Below, in pieces: positions 9,298-18,619 of a DNA stretch of 64,000 nucleotides. The notes under the pieces were generated by a model, which saw only the letters and a list, made by a program, of their open reading frames with translations, was not told the origin of the DNA and did no database searches. This stretch comes from Elusimicrobiota bacterium (GTDB lineage Bacteria; Elusimicrobiota; Endomicrobiia; Endomicrobiales; JBDRNC01), in assembly GCA_043811535.1 (NCBI GenBank), contig JBDRNC010000039.1:1-64000 (forward strand), written 5' to 3'. Each line of letters begins with the position of its first letter. The stretch's first letter is position 1. Both the position numbers and the translations under genes were made by a program.

Positions 9298-10101
9298 TTA
9301 TTTCTTCGGCGCTCTGCGCTGCTGTCTGATGTTTTCCCGTTTTTCGTGTATTCTGTCTTTTTGTATCTGTCTCTGTTGTCTAAGTTTATCAAATCTTGCT
9401 TTTACTGTCTGTCTTGCCTTTATTCTTTTTTCAAGAGGCACTCTTCTCAGCCGTTCCCTGAGAGCCTTGACGCGTTTTCTCAGCTCCAGCATTCGTTCCC
9501 TGTTCTTTATCATGGCTGCGCTCAGTTTCTCCGGAGCTTCGGGATTTATCCCCTTTTCTACGGTAGTTTCCTGGTCGGGGTTGAGAACGGTTTCTTCGGC
9601 TTCCGCGACTTCCGGGTTTGTCACCGCGACCGAACCCTCGAAAACGCCGATGTTTGTTTCCGAAGAAGAAGCCTCAACCGCGAATTCCGTGCCCCTGACA
9701 GCGCAAATAGTAGTCGGCGTGTGCACTTCCATCTTGGTCTTTTTGAGCTTACTGATGCTGGCAATCATCTTTCCGAAGAATAACTGGAAAGATGACGTAT
9801 GCTCATCCTCTTTTAACTGCAGTTTTTGGAGCGAGGTTTGCGAATTAGCGGCAATGTGTATCATGGAACCGTCGTCCATCTCTATTTCACAAGACGATCT
9901 GGGTCCGGTGCGGATGCGGTCGTTCTCTTCTATCTGGATTCCCTCGAGGATCTTTTCCCACTCGGTATCCCCGGTCTTGAGTATTTCAACTGTACCCTTG
10001 GCGTTGTTGACCTCACCCGCCATTTCCACGGCATTCAAGAAAACGACCTGAAACGAAAGAACAGACGTAAGAAGCAAAACATAGAATAAATTCTTTTTCA
10101 T
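9298..10101 (-). CDS. FecR domain exported protein with basic coiled-coil C-terminus
   Basis: DRIRTG..S..EI...DGS.I, TPT..CAVRGTEF.V and V.EGSV.V motifs; Arg/Lys-rich tail. Confidence 0.85.
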   Translation of the reverse strand: MKKNLFYVLLLTSVLSFQVVFLNAVEMAGEVNNAKGTVEILKTGDTEWEKILEGIQIEENDRIRTGPRSSCEIEMDDGSMIHIAANSQTSLQKLQLKEDEHTSSFQLFFGKMIASISKLKKTKMEVHTPTTICAVRGTEFAVEASSSETNIGVFEGSVAVTNPEVAEAEETVLNPDQETTVEKGINPEAPEKLSAAMIKNRERMLELRKRVKALRERLRRVPLEKRIKARQTVKARFDKLRQQRQIQKDRIHEKRENIRQQRRAPKK

Positions 10102-10110
10102 AAAAACCCC

Positions 10111-12141
10111 TTATTTAAACATATCCTTTAATTTGTCCTCTGCCTGTTTTTTGAGTTCCTCTTCCTTTTTCTTCTTTTCCGCGGCGGCGGCCTCTTCAGC
10201 TTTTTTCTTCTCAGCGGCAGCGGCGTCTTCCGCCTTCTTCTTTTCGGCGTCAAGGGCTTCCTGCGCCTTCTTTTTCTCGGCGTCGCCCTGGTTCTTGGCC
10301 GCGTCCTGCTTTGAGGAAAGCTGGGACTTCAGGGCATCAAGTTGTGTCTGCAGTTCTTTCTGCTTGTCGCCGAGTTGCTTCTGGGCGGCATCTTTCTGCG
10401 CGGTATATTGTCCCATCACCTCGTTTTTCTTGTCGTTCGTGAGCTTGTCAATCTCGGCTTTGGCCTTGTTCTGGAACTCGGCAACCTTGTCGCCGGCAAT
10501 CTTCTTGAATCTTTCCGAGAGTATGCTGTCAAGAGTTGAAGAAATTGATATTTTCAGGTTTCCCGGCGCGCCGGTGACGGCCATTTTAACGTCAAATGAA
10601 GTAATACCGTCCCACATGCCCGCAATCATCTTCGCGGTTTCGTCGTTTTTCTTTTCCTCCGGGATAGTATACTTGAGCCCTTCAAGCGAGGTGATTATGT
10701 AGCAGTCCATCTCGTCGCCTTTGAGCGTCAGGTTGCCCGTCATTTTTCCGCGGCCCTTGTCGAACGCCGGAAAGTACTCTGACGAGGGCAGTCCGAAAGA
10801 TTTTGGGTCCATGCCCGAGTATGATATAGTCAGCGTGTCTTCGGCTATCTCGCCGGTGTGGTCCAGCATTCCTTTTATCTTCATGTCCTTTGCGCCCTGT
10901 TTTCCGTCTATCAGAGCGACGGTCGGCCTTCCGAGCAAAGCCGGGTCCGAGGTTATATCGGCAACAGTTCCCTTGAAATCCAGCGGTTCGCCCTCTTTTC
11001 CCGCTCCTCCGGTAGTGCCGGTCAGTGATATCTTTTGTATGAGAAAATCAGGCGGGTTGTCCTCTTTAGGGAAGCTTACATCCATGCCTTTCATCCTTGA
11101 TGGTTTAATAACTTTCTTTTTTTGCTTGCCGCCGCTGGGCATGTATTTTCTGGCCACGTGCAGGTAATAGACGGCCTGATTGACCCTTCCGATCCATTCC
11201 GGGCCGAAAAGCGACTGCGAGATGTTGCCGAAGGAGAACGAAGGGATATTGAACTTTGATGCGAGCATCTGGTAATCCTTGTCTTTCAGCGCGTTAATCC
11301 TGGCGAGCATGTCTTGTTCGCTTCCGATATCTGCGTCCATCTGGGCCTTAAGCGCGTTTATCTCGTTTATGGATTTGTCCAGGCCGGTTTTTGACTGGTT
11401 CAACGCTTCTATCTTCTTCTTTGCGGGCTCGACGTCCTGCAGGCTTCCTATCTTGATGGATTTTGCCTCTTCAACGGCTGCGTTGACCATTGAAATCTTG
11501 TTGTCTATATTGAGTTCTTTAATGCGCGAATCGTACTGCGCGGCCTTGCCCGCAAGTTCCGTCTTCATCGCCTCCATCTCTTTTACGGACTCAAGGTCAT
11601 TGACGTTTATCGCAGTGTCAAACTTGATGTTTTTAATCTGCGAAGACATGTCCTTGAAGGAATCAGCGGCGGGAAGGTTCTTTATCTCGTTCTTGGTTTT
11701 GTCCTGGATTGATTTGAAAAGTTTGGCGGTCAGGCTGTTTTCATCCTGTTTCTTTTCCTTCTCGATAATCTTTTTAAGTTTTTTCGGCGGAAGCGCTCCG
11801 GATGCCGCGCGTTTTGTCCCCCATTTCACGCCTTCCACGGCCAGTTCTTCAATGATGAATTTCTTGGAAAGGAGAGGAACGGGTTTCAGCGCGAAAGCTA
11901 TCCTGTCTATCTCTATGAGGTTTTTCCACTCGTCGCCGCTGCTGCCGACCGCGAGGCCCTTGATGGTTATGGAAAGGTTGCTGAATTTTGTTTTTAGGCT
12001 CCCCACTTCAACTTTCGCCTTGAAGATGGCTTCCCCGGCCGAGATAAGGCCGTGCTTTATGAAAGAATCCAGAAAAACAACGTTAAAGATAATTATAACC
12101 GCAGTAATGACTACAGTAGGGACGAAATACTTCCAGCGCAT
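10111..12141 (-). CDS. TIGR03545 family (AsmA-like) protein
   Basis: MRWK N-terminal TM, G...F.AKVEV, R.KG.DV.F....PPDFLI and I.S.LD motifs; adjacent to TIGR03546; C-terminal AEKKKAE repeats. Confidence 0.8.
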   Translation of the reverse strand: MRWKYFVPTVVITAVIIIFNVVFLDSFIKHGLISAGEAIFKAKVEVGSLKTKFSNLSITIKGLAVGSSGDEWKNLIEIDRIAFALKPVPLLSKKFIIEELAVEGVKWGTKRAASGALPPKKLKKIIEKEKKQDENSLTAKLFKSIQDKTKNEIKNLPAADSFKDMSSQIKNIKFDTAINVNDLESVKEMEAMKTELAGKAAQYDSRIKELNIDNKISMVNAAVEEAKSIKIGSLQDVEPAKKKIEALNQSKTGLDKSINEINALKAQMDADIGSEQDMLARINALKDKDYQMLASKFNIPSFSFGNISQSLFGPEWIGRVNQAVYYLHVARKYMPSGGKQKKKVIKPSRMKGMDVSFPKEDNPPDFLIQKISLTGTTGGAGKEGEPLDFKGTVADITSDPALLGRPTVALIDGKQGAKDMKIKGMLDHTGEIAEDTLTISYSGMDPKSFGLPSSEYFPAFDKGRGKMTGNLTLKGDEMDCYIITSLEGLKYTIPEEKKNDETAKMIAGMWDGITSFDVKMAVTGAPGNLKISISSTLDSILSERFKKIAGDKVAEFQNKAKAEIDKLTNDKKNEVMGQYTAQKDAAQKQLGDKQKELQTQLDALKSQLSSKQDAAKNQGDAEKKKAQEALDAEKKKAEDAAAAEKKKAEEAAAAEKKKKEEELKKQAEDKLKDMFK

Positions 12142-12156
12142 TGTTTCCTCCGGAAA

Positions 12157-12672
12157 TTAGTTGAATTTTTGGTATGAAGTGCCGGCTATGTTCGAGACTT
12201 TGAATAGTTTCATTATCTTCCATTTCGCGACTTTATCTTTGAAGTGCGCCCTGTAATATACTATGAATTTCTTCGCCGCGAAATAAACCGGCAGGAAGAG
12301 TATCAAAGAGATAACGAGACTGCCCAAAACGACGGTATTATTGAATCTAGTGAACGGCACTACGGGCATGTTATATAGAGAGACCCACGTTGAATTCAGC
12401 GACTGGTTCGTGACAAGCAGGTAATAGCCGATCTTGTGGGCGAGAGGATCCATTAGCATCCCGATGAAACTGAATACAATCACTGCGAGAGTGGCGGAGC
12501 TCATGTTTACGTTGAGCATCAGAATAAGGACGAATACGAAGTAATTGTGCAGGGCCGAAAACGGCGTGAGTCCCATGATGGAACCGAGGGCGAATCCCCA
12601 GGCGACCTGGCTCGGGGATATCTCCGACTGAAGGATTGTGATGATTCTTTTGAGAAGTTTGAGCCAGAACAT
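12157..12672 (-). CDS. TIGR03546 family membrane protein (DUF2062-like)
   Basis: SPSQVA.GFALG..GLTP, D...H.IG..LL and YN.P..PFTRFNNTVVLGS motifs. Confidence 0.85.
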   Translation of the reverse strand: MFWLKLLKRIITILQSEISPSQVAWGFALGSIMGLTPFSALHNYFVFVLILMLNVNMSSATLAVIVFSFIGMLMDPLAHKIGYYLLVTNQSLNSTWVSLYNMPVVPFTRFNNTVVLGSLVISLILFLPVYFAAKKFIVYYRAHFKDKVAKWKIMKLFKVSNIAGTSYQKFN

Positions 12673-12705
12673 TTTTTCCTCCGCGCCCGCAGCGGGCAGG
12701 TATAA

Positions 12706-13365
12706 TTATTTGTTTTCAATTAACAGCATTAAGTCGGCCGGTATCCTGAAAAAGTAATCCGGTTTGAGCAATGCGAGTTCTTTTGCGTCCGTATAGCCGT
12801 ATCCGACCGCGCCCGAGAGTATTTTTGCGGCCTTCGCGGCCAGGATGTCGTTTATTCCGTCGCCGATAAGTATGGTTTCCGGAAGATCAGCGCCGAGAGA
12901 TTTTATTATTTCTAAAACCGGTTCGGGAGAAGGTTTTTTTGACCTGCCGGTATCGCCGCCCCATATGAGCGAGAAACAGTCCGAGAGGTTCAATCCTTCA
13001 AGTATTTTTTTGGAAAATATTTCCGGCTTGTTCGTTAACACGGCTTTTTTGACGCCTGGCGAAGATTTTAGGAGTTCTTCAATCCCCCCGTATGGTCTTG
13101 TTGTGTCGAGCAGATGTTGTCCGTAGTGTTCCCTGAACACGGCCACGGCTTCGTGCAATTGTTCGCCTTTAAAAAAAGGCAATGCTCTTTCCATTAAAGA
13201 TACTACCCCGTTGCCTATGTATGATCGCAGTGTAACTGTGTCAACGGAAGGTTTTCCGTAACAGGACAGCACGTAATTGACCGAATCAGCAAGGTCCTTC
13301 TGCGAATCGATCAGAGTGCCATCGAGGTCAAAGATCAGCAGTTTGAATTTGCCTGTTTCCATCAC
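12706..13365 (-). CDS. gph: HAD-superfamily phosphatase (phosphoglycolate phosphatase-like)
   Basis: FDLDGTLIDS, TNK, KPSP and GDG.NDI motifs; start overlaps the glgP stop. Confidence 0.85.
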   Translation of the reverse strand: MMETGKFKLLIFDLDGTLIDSQKDLADSVNYVLSCYGKPSVDTVTLRSYIGNGVVSLMERALPFFKGEQLHEAVAVFREHYGQHLLDTTRPYGGIEELLKSSPGVKKAVLTNKPEIFSKKILEGLNLSDCFSLIWGGDTGRSKKPSPEPVLEIIKSLGADLPETILIGDGINDILAAKAAKILSGAVGYGYTDAKELALLKPDYFFRIPADLMLLIENK

Positions 13366-15959
13366 AGCCAGGTTATCAGTCCGGGTATCAGCAGCGGCTG
13401 GCCGTCCATCTGCGGAAGAACGCGTACGACGTATCCGCAGTGGCCGACCCTGTCGGCCTTTACGGTGCCTTCAAAGTAGAATGTCCCGTCGTCGTTCCCG
13501 GTCATCCGCATTTGGCTGACAACAGAAGTATTCATTCTGTTTTTTGAATCAAGGTAGCCCCAGTATACCTGAACGCTGATGTCTTCAGGGCGTATGGCCC
13601 CGAGCTTTATGGATGCGCGCACGTTAAACGAGTTTCCGAGGTCGAGTTCGCTGCCGAGCTCGTCTTGAACTTTAAGTATTTTTATCTGCGGCCAGTTTGC
13701 CGCAAGGGATTTCCGCCAATCCGCCATGCGCTTCGCTGTTTCAAAATTATTGTTTATGAGTTTCCAGTGCTGCGCGTCGGCTTTAAGGTAGAAATTCCGC
13801 GTGTATTCCTCTATCATCCTGTTGCTGTTGAACGCCGGGCAGTTAGTCTGCATCGAGGTTTTCATCTTTTGGATCCAATCCCTGGGAAGTCCGTCGTTTC
13901 CGCGGTTGTAGAAAAGCGGGATAATATCCTGCTCAAGTATATCGTATACGGCCTTGCTTTCAACCTCGTCCTGATAATCCGGATCGGCGTATTCTTCTCC
14001 CGAACCTATGGCCCACCCGTTTTTTCCGTTGAAACCTTCGCACCACCATCCGTCCAGCACGCTCAGGTTAAGAACGCCGTTGACGGCGGCCTTCATTCCG
14101 CTGGTCCCTGACGCTTCAAGCGGGCGCCTGGGGGTGTTGAGCCATATATCGGCGCCCTGGACTATGTAGTGCGCTACATTCATGTCGTAATCTTCGATGA
14201 ATACGACCTTATCCCTGAGTTCCGGATGACGTATCGTATGAATGATGTTCTTTATCAGTTCCTTGCCCGCATTATCGTGCGGGTGAGCTTTTCCGGCGAT
14301 TATCAACTGGACCGGACGGTTTTTGTTGTTTAGGATATTCTTCAGTCTTTCAAGGTCCCTGAAAAGCAGAGTTCCGCGCTTATACGACGCGAAACGCCTG
14401 GCTAATCCGATAGTAAGCGCTTCGGGGTCGAGCACCTGGTCGGCCGAGGTGATCTCGTTGGGAGAAGCCCCCCTTCTGATGAGCTGCTCTTTAAGCCGTC
14501 CGCGGGCGAACGAAACAAGCCGTTCCCTCCTGCGCTCGTGGCTGCGCCACAATTCCGCGTCCGGTATATGCGAAATCCTCTGCCAGATCGTCTGGTCAGC
14601 GGGCTCGTCTTTCCATATTGGGCCGATGTAGCGGTCGAAAAGGCCGGCCAATTCGTAGGATATCCATGTGTTTGTGTGTATCCCGTTAGTGATGGATGTG
14701 ATCGGTATCTCGGCGCGCGGAACGTTCGGCCAGATTCCCTGCCACATGCTCCTTGATATAGTCCCGTGCAATTTACTGACGCCGTTTGAAGAGTCGGCAA
14801 TCTTGAGCGCGAGCACGGTCATGCAGAATTGTTCCTTCGGATCTGCCGGATTCTGCCTTCCGAGCGCCAGGAACTCCTCTTTTTTGAGCCCGAGCTTTTT
14901 GTAATAGGGCTCAAAATACTTGTCTATGAGTTCAGGGGTGAAGACCTCGTTTCCCGCCGGAACGGGGGTATGGGTAGTGAACACGCTTGACGCGCGCACC
15001 ATCTCGCAGGCCTCGCCGAAAGAAAGCTTGCTTTCTTCCATGTATTGCCTGATTTTCTCTATTATGAGAAACGCGGAGTGTCCTTCGTTAAGGTGGATTA
15101 CCGAGGGCTCTATGCCCAGTGTTTTAAGAACCCTTATGCCGCCGATTCCAAGGACGATTTCCTGCTTTATGCGCATTTCGCGGTCGCCGCCGTAGAGCTG
15201 GCTGGTAATTTCGCGGTCTTCGGCGCTGTTTTCGTCAATATCCGTATCCATTAAATAAAGCGGTATCCTGCCCACGTCGATCTTCCATATCTGCGCCTTG
15301 ATGGTTCTCGCGGGCAGTTCAATCGGAATCCTGATGTGATTGCCGTTAGAGTCTCTTACTCTCTGGATGGACATCCGCATGAAATGGTTCTCAATGTATT
15401 CTTCCTGCTGCCACCCGTCAATATTCAGATACTGCTTGAAATATCCATGGCGGTAGAGAAGTCCGATGCCGACCAGAGGGAGCCCCATGTCGCTGGCCGA
15501 TTTCATGTGGTCGCCGGAGAGTATGCCCAGGCCGCCCGAGTAAACAGGCACAGATTCATTAAGGCCGAACTCGGTGGAAAAATAGGCGATTTTGCAGTTC
15601 TGCTGGTCCTGGAAAGTTTTGGCGAACCACGTTTTCAGCTTTAGATAATGGGTGAGGTCTTCGTGTATGCGTTCAATATGAGAGACAAAACTGTTGTCGC
15701 TTGACAATTCCTGCAGGCGAATCTGGCTGATAGCCCCGAGAAGCCTGATCGGGTTATGGTAAACCTCTTCCCAAAGGTCGCGGTCCATCCTGCGGAAAAG
15801 CTCAAAAGCCTCGCTGTTCCAGACCCACCAGAGATTATTCGCGATTTCCAGCAGCGGTTTGAGTTTTTCCGGAAGTGAGGGTGTTACCGCGTACGACCGC
15901 GCGTTTTTGGTTAAATATTTCTCGTCATTTAAGTTAAAAATGTCCGTCTTTTTCTGCAT
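13362..15959 (-). CDS. glgP: Alpha-glucan (glycogen) phosphorylase
   Basis: YSGGLGILSGDH, NEGH, FTTHTPVPAG, ARRF..YKR and EASGTSGMK motifs. Confidence 0.95.
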   Translation of the reverse strand: MQKKTDIFNLNDEKYLTKNARSYAVTPSLPEKLKPLLEIANNLWWVWNSEAFELFRRMDRDLWEEVYHNPIRLLGAISQIRLQELSSDNSFVSHIERIHEDLTHYLKLKTWFAKTFQDQQNCKIAYFSTEFGLNESVPVYSGGLGILSGDHMKSASDMGLPLVGIGLLYRHGYFKQYLNIDGWQQEEYIENHFMRMSIQRVRDSNGNHIRIPIELPARTIKAQIWKIDVGRIPLYLMDTDIDENSAEDREITSQLYGGDREMRIKQEIVLGIGGIRVLKTLGIEPSVIHLNEGHSAFLIIEKIRQYMEESKLSFGEACEMVRASSVFTTHTPVPAGNEVFTPELIDKYFEPYYKKLGLKKEEFLALGRQNPADPKEQFCMTVLALKIADSSNGVSKLHGTISRSMWQGIWPNVPRAEIPITSITNGIHTNTWISYELAGLFDRYIGPIWKDEPADQTIWQRISHIPDAELWRSHERRRERLVSFARGRLKEQLIRRGASPNEITSADQVLDPEALTIGLARRFASYKRGTLLFRDLERLKNILNNKNRPVQLIIAGKAHPHDNAGKELIKNIIHTIRHPELRDKVVFIEDYDMNVAHYIVQGADIWLNTPRRPLEASGTSGMKAAVNGVLNLSVLDGWWCEGFNGKNGWAIGSGEEYADPDYQDEVESKAVYDILEQDIIPLFYNRGNDGLPRDWIQKMKTSMQTNCPAFNSNRMIEEYTRNFYLKADAQHWKLINNNFETAKRMADWRKSLAANWPQIKILKVQDELGSELDLGNSFNVRASIKLGAIRPEDISVQVYWGYLDSKNRMNTSVVSQMRMTGNDDGTFYFEGTVKADRVGHCGYVVRVLPQMDGQPLLIPGLITWL

Positions 15960-15995
15960 TTTTTTCTCCCTCTGCGTAAATGTGCGGCTTGTGAT

Positions 15996-16024
15996 AGTAT
16001 ACTAATTTTGCGGTCAAAAATCAA
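15996..16024 (-). promoter_or_regulatory. Sigma70-type promoter of glgP
   Basis: TTGATT-N17-TATACT. Confidence 0.55.
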
Positions 16025-16090
16025 AATAAAAAAGCACCTATTATGACAGTAAACAGGGAGCAGTAAGCAGGGAACAGGAAAGATAAAAAT

Positions 16091-16116
16091 AAAAAAACAC
16101 CCTTTAAAGGTGCTTT
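16091..16116 (-). terminator. Rho-independent terminator downstream of the tRNA region
   Basis: aaagcacc-tttaaa-gggtgt followed by a T-run on the minus strand. Confidence 0.55.
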
Positions 16117-16195
16117 GAAAGTGGAGATTTGAGAGTTGACCGCCCCGACCCGATGGGATCGGGGCTTCGTTAATTTTCGCTTCGCGAAAATTAAC

Positions 16196-16212
16196 AGCGG
16201 GCGATGGGACTT
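16196..16212 (-). repeat. Duplicate of the tRNA-Gly 3' end (17 bp)
   Basis: agcgggcgatgggactt is identical to 16437-16453. Confidence 0.8.
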
Positions 16213-16436
16213 CTCCTCCCCCGTCCCTGGCGGGACTCCGCCGTCGCCGGCCGCCCTCGCTTTATTCCGCCTCTTCGGCGGCGCTCGAGTCGGCTTCAAG
16301 TCCCCAATAAATACTAAAAGCTAGCATATATTCTGTTAGCTTATAAAGTCAACGGCTCTTAAGGTGGAGCGCCCATGAACCAGTCACTTCGTTCCGGTTC
16401 AGGGCCAATCGCTTTTGAACCTTGAAGAGGTTCAAA

Positions 16437-16508
16437 AGCGGGCGATGGGACTTGAACCCACGACCTTCTCGTTGGCAACGAGACGTTCTACCACTGAACT
16501 ACGCCCGC
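16437..16508 (-). tRNA. tRNA-Gly (GCC)
   Basis: GCGGGCG acceptor stem, TCTCG-TTGCCAA-CGAGA anticodon arm, GGTTCAAGTC T-arm; CCA not encoded. Confidence 0.97.
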
Positions 16509-16604
16509 AATACAATGAACAATTATCAATTATCAATTAAATACCTGAATATTTCAAAAGTCTTATATTGTCAATTGCTAATTGTTAATTGATAATTGAA
16601 AGAA

Positions 16605-16686
16605 TGCTGGGGGCGGGACTTGAACCCGCATCCCGTTAAGGACACGCCCCTCAAACGTGCGCGTATGCCAATTCCGCCACCCCAGC
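16605..16686 (-). tRNA. tRNA-Leu (GAG)
   Basis: GCTGGGG acceptor stem, GGCGGAATTGGCATACGC D-arm, CACGT-TTGAGGG-GCGTG anticodon arm, variable arm; usual position after secG. Confidence 0.96.
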
Positions 16687-16901
16687 GTGAAATACAATGA
16701 TCAATGAACAATTAGCAGTGACCAATGAACGACGAAAGTATTTAGATTAAGTCAAGGAATAAGCCCCGTAGGGGCTTCATGGAGTTTACCCCGTATACGC
16801 GAAGCGTTATTCGGGGCCACCCCAGCGTGAAATACAATGATTAATGAACAATTAGCAGTGACCAATGAACGACGAAAGTATTTAGATTAAGACAAGGAAT
16901 A
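16676..16901. repeat. 86-bp direct repeat (16676-16761 and 16816-16901) that includes the first 11 nt of tRNA-Leu
   Basis: Two copies with 2 mismatches, period 140 bp, separated by 54 bp containing two hairpins. Confidence 0.9.
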
Positions 16902-16951
16902 CTCGGTTAAGCAGTTACCAATAGCTAATTACCAATTGCCAATTGCTGCCA

Positions 16952-17257
16952 TTATTGTCCCGGATTCTGAGGAGCAGTTGGCGCGGCAGGCATAACAGGC
17001 ATCTGGTTAGTTACCGAGTTAAGCCCCTGCCTGGAAGTCAGGACGGTCAGCAGCAGCGAAGTACTTACGAAAACAATAGCCGTGATAGCGGTCGCTTTTT
17101 TGACAAAAGCCGTGCCGGAAGGGGCGCTGAGAACCTGGTCGGAGCCGCCGCCGCCGAAAATGCCGCCCATGCCGCCGGATTTTCCGCTTTGAAGCAGTAC
17201 GATAAGGATAAGCGCGACACATGCAATTACGTGAATGGTTAATATTATTGTATACAT
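16952..17257 (-). CDS. secG: Preprotein translocase subunit SecG
   Basis: LI..VLLQSGKSGGMGG.FGGG and two TM segments. Confidence 0.95.
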   Translation of the reverse strand: MYTIILTIHVIACVALILIVLLQSGKSGGMGGIFGGGGSDQVLSAPSGTAFVKKATAITAIVFVSTSLLLTVLTSRQGLNSVTNQMPVMPAAPTAPQNPGQ

Positions 17258-17266
17258 AGTTTTAGT

Positions 17267-17295
17267 ATTGTACTATAATCCGAATATTTTTTCAA
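17267..17295 (-). promoter_or_regulatory. Sigma70-type promoter, near-leaderless secG transcript
   Basis: TTGAAA-N17-TACAAT ending 9 nt before the ATG; no SD. Confidence 0.5.
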
Positions 17296-18516
17296 CTAAG
17301 CGCCGTATTTTATCAGTTTCCCCGCGTTTGCCAGAGCCAGCGCCATTATGCTTTGGGCGGATATCCTGCCCAGGCCGCCTGTAACGCATTCCTTCTCAGA
17401 GAATCTTTTCGCGCCGTCTGTCCGGCAGTTTTTCGCGGATATAAGCAAGGGCACCGGGTGCCATGAATGCCCTTTAATGACCGCGGGCGTGGAGTGGTCA
17501 CCCGTTACCACAATAACGTCCGGCTTAAGCGAGGTCAGCATAGGTATCAGCTTATCTACTTCTTCAATGACCTTGACTTTGCTCGCGAAATCTCCGTCCT
17601 CGCCCCTGGAATCCGTCGCCTTGATATGCATGAAGAAATAATCGTATTTGGAATAGTTTTCCTGAAGTGTCTTGAACTCGCTTTCCATCGTGTCTCCGGT
17701 CTTGAGTACGTCCATCCCGACCAGGCTCGCCAGGCCGCGGTACATTGGATATAGCGCTATCGCCGCGGCGCGAAGTTTATACGCTTCGTCAAAATTCGGT
17801 ATGTGTATCATCTTGGCGAAACCGCGCAGGAGCACGGCGTTCGCGGGATGCTCGTTTTTTAAACGTTTATTGGCCTCTTCAATGAATTTATTCACTATTC
17901 TTGGTGTAAATTCTACATTACCTGTCGGACCTTTTGAACGATCTATTTCAACTTTGAGTGACTTCAAACCTTCTTTTTGAGGATCCGAGTCAGTTAAAGC
18001 ATCTATTAAATCATCGCCTCGAAAAATCACCGAAAATCTGTGTTCCTTGACGGGAAGAACGAAAGTATTTACGCCGTCTAACGTTATATCATTGAGGATT
18101 TCCCTGCAGATGCTAACGTTTTTGTCGGTTGAAAGCCTGCCGGCCCTGCGGTCCGTTATGACGCCGCCGGCGTCAACTGTGGCGAAATTGCCTCTTGCGG
18201 CGAGGTCCTGTTTCGTAAATTTGAAGTCAATCCCAAGGCTGTCCAGGAGGCCCCTGCCTATTTCATATCTGAGCGGGTCATAACCGAAAAGCGCCAGGTG
18301 AGCCGGCCCTGAACCAGGTGTGATGCCGGGAGCGATCGGGTCAGACAGGCCGCAGATACCCGTTTCCGCGAGTTTGTCAAGGTTTGGATGGCCGGCTGTC
18401 TCCAGTTCAGTCTTTCCTGAAGCGTCCGGCGACCCGCCGAGCCCGTCAAAAATCAAGAATACAATTTTAGAATCGGTTTTCGTTGTAAGTTTTGATAGGA
18501 ATTCCTGTGTTATCAT
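17296..18516 (-). CDS. apgM: 2,3-bisphosphoglycerate-independent phosphoglycerate mutase (ApgM/archaeal type)
   Basis: DGLG, TPGSGPAHLALFGYDP, DRRAGR, TGDHSTP and HSWHPVP motifs. Confidence 0.93.
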   Translation of the reverse strand: MITQEFLSKLTTKTDSKIVFLIFDGLGGSPDASGKTELETAGHPNLDKLAETGICGLSDPIAPGITPGSGPAHLALFGYDPLRYEIGRGLLDSLGIDFKFTKQDLAARGNFATVDAGGVITDRRAGRLSTDKNVSICREILNDITLDGVNTFVLPVKEHRFSVIFRGDDLIDALTDSDPQKEGLKSLKVEIDRSKGPTGNVEFTPRIVNKFIEEANKRLKNEHPANAVLLRGFAKMIHIPNFDEAYKLRAAAIALYPMYRGLASLVGMDVLKTGDTMESEFKTLQENYSKYDYFFMHIKATDSRGEDGDFASKVKVIEEVDKLIPMLTSLKPDVIVVTGDHSTPAVIKGHSWHPVPLLISAKNCRTDGAKRFSEKECVTGGLGRISAQSIMALALANAGKLIKYGA

Positions 18517-18532
18517 GGTTGTCCTTATATGT

Positions 18533-18606
18533 TGTCATTCCCGTGAAAACGGGAATCCATATTCTCATTAAAAATGGATCCCCGATTACGGTCCTCGGGG
18601 GATGAC
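18533..18606. repeat. Inverted pair of GTCATYCCCG REP-like units (REPIN-like)
   Basis: tgtcattcccgtgaaaacgggaatccat ... atggatccccgattacggtcctcgggggatgac. Confidence 0.75.
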
Positions 18607-18619
18607 CCTTAAGAAAGGG

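Noticed and set aside
11279..12160. Long plus-strand ORFs antisense to real genes (also 3211-3918, 9329-10051, 47417-48085, 50149-50811)
   Set aside because: Shadow ORFs of well-supported minus-strand genes, with no motifs of their own.
16121..16139. gtggagatttgagagttga as a tmRNA/tRNA-Ala 3' remnant
   Set aside because: Too short and degenerate; no matching 5' half.
16021..16324. ORFs 16021-16299 (-) and 16136-16324 (+)
   Set aside because: They translate hairpins and 7-mer repeats; no recognisable domain.
16676..16901. Repeat-spacer-repeat pattern as a CRISPR array
   Set aside because: Only two copies of 86 bp, overlapping a tRNA; no cas genes in the window.
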